Of a stretch of 124,000 bases of DNA, positions 66,761-78,506 are shown in pieces. The first letter of the stretch is position 1; every line of letters starts with the position of its first letter. Origin of the DNA: Wallemia ichthyophaga EXF-994 (lineage: Eukaryota; Fungi; Basidiomycota). Location of the stretch: positions 144,001-268,000 of the forward strand of contig NW_008806285.1 in the NCBI RefSeq assembly GCF_000400465.1, read 5' to 3'. The notes beneath the pieces are model-generated. The model was not told the origin of the DNA and did no database searches. It saw only the letters and a list, made by a program, of their open reading frames with translations. A program made the translations under genes and the position numbers.

Positions 66761-69688
66761 TTACAATTGTTTCTTGCCTTCAACGTTTTGGTGACTTGAA
66801 GGATTAAAGTTGTTAGATTCACCGTTTGTGTTAAAGTTTAACAACTCTGAAGGCTCGCTTTCATTGTCAGATGTTGAGGCCTCGCTGTCAACTTCTGATT
66901 TGTTAAAGTCGTTAATTGGATTGAGTCGTTCAATGTTGCCCTGAGCCGTCGCATCAACCTGCTTAGACTCAAAATCGGAGTTTGTAGCGACACTAGCTGC
67001 ATCGAGTTGCTCGACGCTTTTTGTGTTCATTCTATTCATTTTCAAAGTGTCGCGTACCATATGTCTACCTTTCAAGATCTCCCGTTCTATCTTAAAGCGG
67101 TTTTCGACAATATGTAGTTTCGGCCACGTTGCCAACTGCCCCATTTTCATCATGCGTCTGTTGAAAGTGAGCAACGTTATTTAGTAATTGCAACAACTCA
67201 CTTTAGTTCAGGCCTATCAGGATCCGACAATATATGGATCCAATCTAAAAACCTTGTCCGTGGCCAAATAGTTATGCTACCTTCAAACTGAGAGCTATAA
67301 GTTAGAGTTTTGAAATTCAGTAAACAAACAAACCTTTTGAAGAAATACAGATGAAAAATCCGTTGCTAATATCTCTGGCATTAATTCCAAGTCTCTAATA
67401 ACCTATTATTCGTAAGATTTTTGTTCTGTGGAATACCTCATCAACAACTAACTTTTAAATTTTTGCTTAATTCCAGTTTGAGGTAGGATTCAGCTGCCTA
67501 GTGAATTGTGAGATTGATTGAAATACGCGGTAAATGCCCTTACAGCTAAAAAGAATCCACCACGCCATCCTTGACCTCTACGGTGAGCAACAGGTTTACC
67601 AGCAGATCCTAAAAGATATTAGTCAATTGAAATGATGCGAAACACATTTAACACCTCTTGGAGCGTAGAAAAACAAGTGAACATGAGGGTTTACTTGGGA
67701 CACAATAGCGTGGTTGACTAAAGAGTATTAGAAATGCGAGTAGCGGAATAGTTATACTAAAGTACCATTATAAACTAACAGCTCAAATTAGAGAAAATAA
67801 AACCAATTGAAAGCTGAACTTACGAAGGTTTAACGACTGTAATGGTATATCAACTCTAATAGAACCATCCTTAAATCTAGCACCAAGACTAAAAGGCTCA
67901 ATTGATCCATCTTTACATTTGCGCATCAGGACAACTGGTGGAAGGATCTAGAGTTTGTCAAATTTTGCATCTACGCGCAAAGATAGACATACACCTGGAA
68001 CTGCTGCAGATCTATTCAAATAAATAAGTGAAAAGACTGAACAATAAGTAAAAAAGACTGAAAACGAACTTACGCGATAATGGCTGACCAAATTACGCAG
68101 TCGGGCGCTGTTAGATGATTTAAAATCTTTGTGGGACTGTGTCTATCAGATGGGGTAACAGATATATTCAAAGATCTCCCTGTTCGCTCGTAGGCGTCTT
68201 GAAATGTCATTGTACCTCTAGTGAAAAACATGGACTGTTTTTAAATTAGTCAAATCAAAAGATATGGGATCATCTAACCAACCTTCTCCGCCCAAGCTAT
68301 TGTGTCAAAACGAGCACCCGTGCGCCACCATCTCGGGAACCAAACAGAGAAGGAATCTTCGCAAGCTTTAATCTTATCTGCTAGTTCTGGTCTGGTATAT
68401 GGTCAGAACAGGACGCGCTGTGAACATGAACATGCTTTAATAATCGAGAAAGTTCCTTATCAGTGCGTGTTGCACAAAACGCTGCCACTAATCCACCTGC
68501 AGATGTACCAGTTATCACTCTAGGTAACAAGCCAGCTTCCAGAAATGCCTTAAGAACACCAAAGTGATAGCTTTTCAGACATGTAAGCAGAATTAAAGTT
68601 TGATCGTGCAGCTTACTATCCAAAGGAACCTCCTCCAGACAGACAAAGTGCTGACTGACCAAAATTGCGGTTAAAGGATTTAAAAAGGATACGCTTCTGT
68701 TCGATAGAGACAGAGGGATGATCGCGAAGAGTAGAAAGGGACCTGCTGACTAGAAGACCTAAGCTTTTGTTGTAAAGAGAGTTGATAGCTCACCCTCATT
68801 GATGTAGTCTTCAATCAGGACTTTGCTGCCGTAGAATGTCTAAAATGGCATGAGTTTTTTTTTTATAGAGCTAAAAAGTAAAATCACACACTTCACTATA
68901 AAGACGCGAGCTCTCAGTACCAGCAAAGTTGTTTTTGATGCAAATTTCAAGAACACCTATCAGGCCCTGAATGTCATCATTTTGACGCTTGTCTTTTAAG
69001 GAGGACAAGACCTAGAAATATAAGTAGAGGATAGTAGGAATGAAGAAGCTTACTTTCTGAACGAGTAAGGAATCATAGTAAATGCCGCTGTGATTATCGC
69101 TTTTCCATTTCTCGAGATCCAGATAGTGATCCATTTCAACGGCAGCTTTCTTCCAATCATGGAAATTGGTAGCATTTCTCATCTTTTGCCTTATAACAGC
69201 AGACTTGCCACGATCTGGAGGAGCTAATGAGTAGGTAAACAGGGGAATGAGGAATAACTGACGTTGAATAGCCCATTCCCAGAGATTTACGATTTGACGA
69301 ACAGAGACGTAGAATATGAATTCGATAGTGATAGTGAAGAAAAGGATGATGAGGAGGGGATATCTGATTGTAGTGTATCCCCAGCTAAAGCCAGAAGAAA
69401 CTTTGGGTTTACGTCTCCTGAGTTAGAGAGAGAGGATGAGAAAGAAGGAAGGGAAGGGGAAGAGACGTACCTCTTGACACGTTCATGTACAGGTGCAAAG
69501 TCGCTTAAAGCGGAAATGCGAGTGTCCTCATCGATGGAGTCAATTTGACTAAGGGCGAGTCTAAATGCTTGAATATGACTTTGAATGAGTTAGAATATGT
69601 ATAAATATATGATATTCTTATACCTTTGATCAATATAATCATTATTGAGCTCATCATCAAGCTTATCAATCGATTTTAGTGATGGCAT
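66761..69688 (-). CDS. Patatin-domain triacylglycerol lipase (Tgl3/4/5-like)
   Basis: GVLKAFLEAGLLPRVITGTSAGG; many short exons. Confidence 0.8.
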
Positions 69689-69723
69689 CGAGTTTTAAAC
69701 AGATAAATTATCAATAAAATATT

Positions 69724-70372
69724 TTAGAAAGCTATTTTAGTATCCAAATCTTTGACTTCGCTTTCAACTTCCTCGTAGATCACTTTCCATTCTTCAAGCT
69801 TTTCCTTTGAATCTTCTTCACCTTTCTTTGATTTCGCTGACTTTGGTACGACCATCATACAGCTCGTTGGTCTCTTTGTACCAGAAGCTTCACCTAATTC
69901 TTCTTTGCTTGCGACGAATACGTATGGAATGGCAGATTCCTCACAAAGTACGGGGATGTGTGTTAGAATATCAATTGGTGATATGTTAGCAGCCATGATG
70001 ACCACGCTTTGATATGCTTAATGTCTTGTAACTCATGAACAACATAACTCACCCCTTCTCACCCTTCTTTACACCTTTAACAACTTCCTTCACACCACGA
70101 CGAAGATTACGAGTTTTTGCACCTTTTTTTTATTAAATTTTGTGTAACGCTGCTTAAATGATAATCAAACCTTTCTTTACACACTTGTGCACTTTCTTTG
70201 CCAATTTTTTACCTGCTAGTGGATGTGCTATCGGCGATAAACTTTCCATTGGAATTTCATCTTCCTCAGTCTTTGATTTTTTAGATTCCTTCTTAGGGCT
70301 GTCCACTGTAGCAGCTTCAGCATCATCCGCAGTAACCGATTTCCTCTTCTTCTTGGTCTCGTCTTTAGCCAT
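69724..70372 (-). CDS. NHP2: H/ACA snoRNP subunit Nhp2 (L7Ae family)
   Basis: SPIAHPLA, RRGVKEVVK, AANISPIDILTHIPVLCEE, TKRPTSC. Confidence 0.93.
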
Positions 70373-70959
70373 TTGTGATTGTTTGAGTGGAAGGAGTGTA
70401 AGCTTAATTCAGCGAAACCCTAAGATGGGTTCCCGGGCGGGTGAAATTTAAAATTGACGGAGGAAAATAAGCTGAACGAGCTCATATTTTACGGTGGGTG
70501 AGGTGAAAATTTTCGGCTAAGCGACCATATGCTAGTAATTCTGGACGAAACGAGAAAATTTTTATCAAAAAGGAAAACTAGTGTGAAAGCAAAATATAGA
70601 ACGAATATAGAATGATTACAAAGTTTAAAAAATAAAGAGATTTACACTTGGTTACGCATGTGTTCGACTTCTGGGAAGAAATGAGGCCATCGGGGAGAAA
70701 CAGGTCGGATAACAAAAAGGCGCAGCCACAATCACTTAGTTGATAAATATGACTTATGCAGGAGAGCCATTTCCTTGTCTAACCTCACTATAACATCTTG
70801 CAAATGGCTTCAAACGTTCAATGAAGGGAGAAGATTATCACCAGGGAATTGGATTAATTATTTCGAATTACTATATAAATTATTTATTATTTATAATCAT
70901 ATTCATATTCATGTTTATCTTCTGTTACTTAATCATTCACTCTCATCACCCTCCCAGAA

Positions 70960-72181
70960 ATGCTCGACAAGTCTTTAAAATCTATCCTTGTTTGTAATTA
71001 TTTTATCATAATTACCCTTCTCATTCCTATCTCAGCCTTTATTGGATAGCGGCGATCACTACGGCGCTCATCAACGTACTAGAACTGCCGCTGCCAGGTT
71101 ATCCAGGAATGGCATTCAAGGTCAATATACTGCTATCGAATTGCTTTTCATCGTTTCAAAGTCTTTACTCGAAAAGTCTCAATGGGCTTCCGGCGTAGAC
71201 GTTTCTATCATGATGATTGATGCTATGGCTAAATTAGAGGCTCCTTGGGAGCCTACTCACAAAGCTCACGTTACTCAATTGATTGGATTATGTACCTCTC
71301 AATCTACTTGGAGGAAAAAGCTTATCGACGCTGCCATATCGTCTGTCTTACCTCTTTTTTGTCTTCTTTCGCTTATGTCACTTTAGTTCCAGCGCGAAAT
71401 CTTTCAATATACCCTCCGGTCATCCTGATATTCTTCAATACATAGGTAATCTCTACTACAAAGGTATTTTACATTTTCTTTCTCTTGATTTTTCTTATCT
71501 TCATTCCGTCCAGAATCTTCATTTAACGTGGCAGAACATTACTTGATGCTTGCTTCAAAAAAGGAATCTGCTACAATCCTTGCTAAAATGTACATGCAGT
71601 GGGCACTTTCCAACAATCAATATCATGACGATGTCGGCCGTTTTGCTTTGAGAGGTGTTCTTGGGTAAGTCATGCGTCTGAAAAAGCATGGATTACATTT
71701 CTAACTATCTTAATAGTTTCATATTAGCTGAACAAGTCGAATGTGCCATTACTTTTACTCTTAACTTTTTAATAGAGTTACAATTATCTCATCCTAACAC
71801 TATCCTTGAATCTCAACCTCTTGATGGCATAACTTTAACACAATCACATACCCTAAACTTCGCCCAACTAATCATTGCATGCATTCAAAGGAGCGGTACA
71901 TCAAATATTGCACAGGAGTGGAAGTCATTGGTAGATTATTATCGAAACTCTAGTTCCATTGTAAACACTCAACCTGTTACTCAAGTAGGTATTACTAGCG
72001 TTATATTTCAAGCTAATTAGTATAGGCTTGTGCAAAGATTGGTTCTCTCTACTTTGACATCAAACCAATGCAGTCCAGTGGTAACATGATGGATATCATG
72101 TCTTCTTTGCTCGGTGGTGCCCCTGCTCAATCAATTTCCAAACGTAAGTTGGCAAATACGTCAGTTGGTGAATTAGATTAG
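70960..72181 (+). CDS. GET4: Get4 (DUF410) tail-anchored protein targeting factor
   Basis: GDHYGAHQRTRTAAARL, SGHPDILQYIGNLYYK, QPLDGITLTQSHTLNFAQL; many introns. Confidence 0.8.
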
Positions 72182-72317
72182 ACTTGACTATTTTGTTTAA
72201 TTATACATACCGCATCCGCATCGAGGTTCAGTGAGATAGTGCTTTTGACTGTGACATTAAATGTTACTCATTGATTGGGGTTTCAGGCTTTTGAGAACCA
72301 CGCTTATTCAAAAAACT

Positions 72318-74202
72318 GTCCAAAATTACAATCAGAATGGATGCGTAAAAAAATTGATTAGCAAACTCAGCAAATTATTGAGGCTCGAATATATCTTGAC
72401 AGTGATTTATCTATAGTTGATGAATTGTATGTTACACAAAACATGGGCAAGAGTTAAAAATATATCATTAGACGCATTAACGCTTTTAAAGCACGGTGAA
72501 AGACATTTAACTTGCTGTTAGATTCTTGACACGCTAACTCTAGCCACATCACCTACCATACGTCCTTAATATCGCTCTTCTAGGATTTAAACCGCCGAAT
72601 GAAATCCATGACTATTCATATTTATTCTGATCACGCCTTTGTTCAGAATAAATATAAAATTTACATATTATTGGTCTTCGCTGATTACACTTCTTTCTAT
72701 TTGATTGTTCGCTCGTTGAACAAACCATTCATTCCACAACCCAGCAGTCTAAACCAACATAATGGAAGAAGGTTGTAAAGAATTCTAACCGAGTAATATT
72801 CATAGAGAAAACGAAATACTTTTGTTAGGAACAACGGCTGAGAAAAGAATGATAAACAATACAGATATACACTTTGTGGAAAAATTTCGAAAGGCTGAAG
72901 GCTGATGGAAAGAAAAGTGACTAAATTATTGTTCGTAAATGACGGAACTAATCGAGCCTAAGTGAGGGTCTACCTCAAGAATGAAGGACCTTGCACGCCC
73001 ACGGTTGAGGCATTTGGCATATCTGGCGGAGGTACACTTCCCAAGATGGGGTGGTCTTGCGCCAGTGCTCGAGGATCTCAAGCGAAACTGGCCAGGTGTT
73101 TCACCGGCTGACAGGACTAAGGGAAATCACCGCGTGCATGAACGAGGTACATGCTTTGCTTTCTTCTCCTCTTCCTCGCAGCTTATTAAACTTCTTACTT
73201 GTCTTGCGGGGTCTAAGCTTGCTTCAATGCTATCTTCTCTTCATTCTAGAAAAGGATGGGGGTCGTATTCTAGATGTCGTCGACCTCGCACTGCCCATCG
73301 TAATAGGGTGCGATTAGGGGCAAATAAAATTATTGAATGAAGAGCAATTGAAACAAGACTTCATAAAATTCAGGAGTCATTTTGCGATATTTAGGATGGA
73401 AATTTCACCTCCCGCTGAATCTACTAATCATGATGCCATAATTCGAACACTAGGATATGTTAAGGGAATATGTATCTATACTAATCACTATGCGTACTGC
73501 TTCCGGCTAACCTTATCTAGTATATAATGTTTCCTAAGCTAAGCGCTTTGGCTTGGCTGATGCTTGTTCATGATCGTAAAGTGGTAGTGGTGCCAAACTA
73601 TAGAAAAGAGCCATGATTGTATGTCTTTCAAGTTTATTTGCAAGGATCACATTGACTGATCAATTCCCAGAACGTCGCTGGTGTATGATAACCACTGAGT
73701 TGATGCCGGCAGAAGGGAGTAAGTTTCATCAGAGTTTAACAAGTGCGTAAAAAAGTTTTGCAATCATAACAAAATCACATTTATTAATATCTCATAACAG
73801 TTTCACTGCGTTCGAGCCCCACAATAACTTCATCTTTTCTCCCTGAAAAGCTTCCTCATTGCGATTAGCAGGATGACGATAGGATAAATAGGAAAACAAG
73901 ATATATACTCGCTATAGGTAGCTGTAGAAGCAAGTAGAATTGCTACTTAGAGCTCAATTCATTAAGAAGAATTATTGACCGCTTTGGCGGCAAGAGCCCT
74001 ACGTCTATTAAAATCCAGAAAAATTAAAAAATTAACTAGCTAGCTAACCCAAGGTAGTCGCAATAGTCATTATCACTGTAATATTTAGAGCTTTGCAGAA
74101 AGAGGCATGTTTTCTCATTTTGCCAAGCCGACCACTAGACTAACCCTTATAGTTGACATCTGACCCTAACTTTTTCAAGGGCTGCTTAATATGAGTTTTT
74201 AA
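72318..74202. repeat. Left arm (1,885 bp) of long inverted repeat
   Basis: Reverse complement of 76433-78317; only one mismatch noticed (74188 vs 76447); mirrored ORFs in the track have identical translations and equal 663-bp offsets. Confidence 0.97.
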
Positions 74203-74520
74203 GGTTGTCTCCCTATTAAACTACATATATGGCTCAAATATTATTTCAAAGGTCGATAATTCTTTGAATTACTATGAAGGCTAAATAGTAAGTTTGAAGT
74301 GGAGCTCCAAAGTAAGTTACATAAAAAGCTCCCTATTTAATTTTCAAGGTGGCTTACGGGTCATTTTAAAGTGTGGCTAACTAGTAATATTCAAAGATGT
74401 CTTACTAGGAATGTTCAGGGGTGTCTCACTAAATATATCTCAATAGTAATTATTAATTTAAAAGTGTGAGTTATTGCGATATTTCTGAAGTAAATCACCG
74501 ACAATGTTCAAGGTTTCCTC
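74171..74520 (+). repeat. Degenerate ~24-bp minisatellite at the inner edge of the left arm and core
   Basis: Consecutive units ttttcaaggtggcttacgggtca / ttttaaagtgtggctaactagtaat / attcaaagatgtcttactaggaat / gttcaggggtgtctcactaaatat at 74341-74436. Confidence 0.65.
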
Positions 74521-76432
74521 GCCAATAATACCTAATAATGGCTTACTTTTAATTATAATAAATGTCTCATCAATTTCAAGAATCGATGGATCACTAGCAA
74601 AGTTAGGATGTGACTAATCATCAGCCAAAGTCAAGCAAGTGTGCCCAATAATTCAAAGGGAATATGAGCACACCCGAAGCTGTTCTTGACCAGATGAGCT
74701 CCTATTAGAATTCCGGCGCATGATATACTACGGTTCATTCACATCAGTTAATCTTTCGAACACGATTGATACCACTAGAAACGCTAAATTTTACGACAGC
74801 ACATATGGAAACGGATTGCCATTTTCTTCATCGAGACAATTCATCAAAAAGGGTAAAATCAATCACAGACCGGCTAAGAACAACAAATTTATGACGTAGA
74901 AACTATAAAACAAGTTCCAAAGTGAAATGTTTCGCTGTTTCACGATATGACCAACCCAAATTGAGTGTCGATGCGTTGGTCTATTAAATCATGCTTGCAT
75001 AAAAAACAAAAAAGTTCTACCAAACAGATGAGAAGCAAATAAAACATGCAAACGTGCTTATCAGGGCAAAAAAAAACATTGCACCGTGCCGACTGCCAAA
75101 GTCCCAGGCGAAAAATGGAATTGGAAATGGTCAAAACATGCGTCAGTTGAAACAGGGTGATAGATCTCCATGCATTAATAAATATTAGATAATGAAAATA
75201 TGAACAATGAGACAAAAACACAAACGGACACAAAAAAAGCCATGGAATGAAACTGTTCAACTTCTTCCATTTTGTTAAGTACATAAAAATCTGTAATGAT
75301 ATGCAACAAAATGTCCCCCGTTTGAAATCAATTGAAAACAACGAAGACCTAAGAAAGTAATGTTATAGAATGACCAAGAACGTATCAGCTACTTTGCGGT
75401 TATATAAGTTGAAGATACTGTTACAGGAGGGCAACGTCAATTCTTTGTAAGCCGATTAAAGACGATGGCATCCTTATACTTGATTTAAACTTTTCTAAAA
75501 ATCAAGCTGGTTGGTATATTTTTCTTTTGAAAGTCTTGGAGTAAATATTGTCAAGTAGCAATAATCACTGAAATATTAATAATATACAAATTAATGTAAA
75601 AAAGTTTGGCACTAAAACAAGTTAATTCAAGGACAAAAAAACATCACTTTCCATTTAAGTAATTGCGTTAGCTGCGATAACATAGCATTACAGTTAAACT
75701 TAAATTGTTCATTTTTAAATATTAATCGAGAGTCCGAACTTTTCTCCTTTTCACGTAGTGGCTTTTTGAAAAACGTTTTCCAACGAAGGAAAAGTAGGTC
75801 TCGAAGAATTATTCATCATTGAGAGCAATTTTGCTAATTGTCAAGCTCAACAGTTAGAGTATTTGGTTTATGTTCATCTTTTATGTCAAAAGAGATTTGC
75901 TAACTCGGATGTAAAAACAAATTGAAGTTTAGCAAAATAATGAATAAATCTTAATTTATGGCAAAATTAACGCTCAAAAAAAGAACATTTCTTCCACCTA
76001 CTTCGGCAGTGAAAGTAAATTTATAATAAATATTTATGAAATCATGCCAATACTGTCATTACATATATTTGCATATTTTTGCATAGCGAATTTCTAGATT
76101 CTTATGAACCAGGTTCTGAGTAGCTTTAAAGAGAGACAAAATTCCAAAATTTACCCCTATTGAAGTTTCTTTGCCTTTCTTCAAGGTCGCGTAGATATTA
76201 AGGTTTTCTTTTAATTTGGTACATGATTATTTACAGGCAATTTGCTATCCCTCCTTGACAAAAAAAAAAAAATTGTATTCAGACAATGAATGGGTAACGA
76301 AGTCCGCTACAACATAGCGATGTTCTCATTTATTTTGGACAACCTAGATGTGGTGTCATTATCCCATTATTATAACTTTAAAATCGTCTAGTTACTTCGT
76401 CAAAGCAGACATCACTTTACAAACTTTACAAG
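74203..76432. other. Unique AT-rich central core (2,230 bp)
   Basis: No credible ORF, many A/T tracts, bounded by the two arms. Confidence 0.8.
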
Positions 76433-78317
76433 TTAAAAACTCATATCAAGCAGCCCTTGAAAAAGTTAGGGTCAGATGTCAACTATAAGGGTTAGTCTAG
76501 TGGTCGGCTTGGCAAAATGAGAAAACATGCCTCTTTCTGCAAAGCTCTAAATATTACAGTGATAATGACTATTGCGACTACCTTGGGTTAGCTAGCTAGT
76601 TAATTTTTTAATTTTTCTGGATTTTAATAGACGTAGGGCTCTTGCCGCCAAAGCGGTCAATAATTCTTCTTAATGAATTGAGCTCTAAGTAGCAATTCTA
76701 CTTGCTTCTACAGCTACCTATAGCGAGTATATATCTTGTTTTCCTATTTATCCTATCGTCATCCTGCTAATCGCAATGAGGAAGCTTTTCAGGGAGAAAA
76801 GATGAAGTTATTGTGGGGCTCGAACGCAGTGAAACTGTTATGAGATATTAATAAATGTGATTTTGTTATGATTGCAAAACTTTTTTACGCACTTGTTAAA
76901 CTCTGATGAAACTTACTCCCTTCTGCCGGCATCAACTCAGTGGTTATCATACACCAGCGACGTTCTGGGAATTGATCAGTCAATGTGATCCTTGCAAATA
77001 AACTTGAAAGACATACAATCATGGCTCTTTTCTATAGTTTGGCACCACTACCACTTTACGATCATGAACAAGCATCAGCCAAGCCAAAGCGCTTAGCTTA
77101 GGAAACATTATATACTAGATAAGGTTAGCCGGAAGCAGTACGCATAGTGATTAGTATAGATACATATTCCCTTAACATATCCTAGTGTTCGAATTATGGC
77201 ATCATGATTAGTAGATTCAGCGGGAGGTGAAATTTCCATCCTAAATATCGCAAAATGACTCCTGAATTTTATGAAGTCTTGTTTCAATTGCTCTTCATTC
77301 AATAATTTTATTTGCCCCTAATCGCACCCTATTACGATGGGCAGTGCGAGGTCGACGACATCTAGAATACGACCCCCATCCTTTTCTAGAATGAAGAGAA
77401 GATAGCATTGAAGCAAGCTTAGACCCCGCAAGACAAGTAAGAAGTTTAATAAGCTGCGAGGAAGAGGAGAAGAAAGCAAAGCATGTACCTCGTTCATGCA
77501 CGCGGTGATTTCCCTTAGTCCTGTCAGCCGGTGAAACACCTGGCCAGTTTCGCTTGAGATCCTCGAGCACTGGCGCAAGACCACCCCATCTTGGGAAGTG
77601 TACCTCCGCCAGATATGCCAAATGCCTCAACCGTGGGCGTGCAAGGTCCTTCATTCTTGAGGTAGACCCTCACTTAGGCTCGATTAGTTCCGTCATTTAC
77701 GAACAATAATTTAGTCACTTTTCTTTCCATCAGCCTTCAGCCTTTCGAAATTTTTCCACAAAGTGTATATCTGTATTGTTTATCATTCTTTTCTCAGCCG
77801 TTGTTCCTAACAAAAGTATTTCGTTTTCTCTATGAATATTACTCGGTTAGAATTCTTTACAACCTTCTTCCATTATGTTGGTTTAGACTGCTGGGTTGTG
77901 GAATGAATGGTTTGTTCAACGAGCGAACAATCAAATAGAAAGAAGTGTAATCAGCGAAGACCAATAATATGTAAATTTTATATTTATTCTGAACAAAGGC
78001 GTGATCAGAATAAATATGAATAGTCATGGATTTCATTCGGCGGTTTAAATCCTAGAAGAGCGATATTAAGGACGTATGGTAGGTGATGTGGCTAGAGTTA
78101 GCGTGTCAAGAATCTAACAGCAAGTTAAATGTCTTTCACCGTGCTTTAAAAGCGTTAATGCGTCTAATGATATATTTTTAACTCTTGCCCATGTTTTGTG
78201 TAACATACAATTCATCAACTATAGATAAATCACTGTCAAGATATATTCGAGCCTCAATAATTTGCTGAGTTTGCTAATCAATTTTTTTACGCATCCATTC
78301 TGATTGTAATTTTGGAC
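76433..78317. repeat. Right arm (1,885 bp) of long inverted repeat
   Basis: Reverse complement of 72318-74202. Confidence 0.97.
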
Positions 78318-78506
78318 TGAGCGGAGGCAAATACTAACACAAAGGATAGCCGAATAACCCGATGAGAATGACAACATACTACAGTGCACTTCAAATTCTA
78401 ATTCATAGTAGCCATTTAATTCTTTTCGTGTGAATTTAAAAATAATGGATTGCACGCAATTCTATATGAAATGTACAATGAATCTCGCGGAATGGGTATT
78501 TAATAA

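Larger units (their letters stand above)
72318..78317. other. Candidate regional centromere (IR arm - core - IR arm)
   Basis: 6,000-bp island with no recognisable gene, symmetric arms, at the AT-richest part of the window. Confidence 0.65.

Noticed and set aside
74820-74920. Faint similarity between the core and the 29/44-kb pseudogene pair (KRVKS; ctataaaacaag)
   Set aside because: Short AT-rich matches, not colinear over any length; compatible with chance.
72981-77654. Mirror-image ORFs of 119, 88 and 64 aa in the arms as real genes
   Set aside because: They are duplicated only because of the repeat, and show no family motifs or clear gene structure.
72318-78317. Inverted repeat as a DNA transposon (Mutator/foldback) with long TIRs
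   Set aside because: No flanking target-site duplication and no transposase remnant recognised in the core; not fully excluded.
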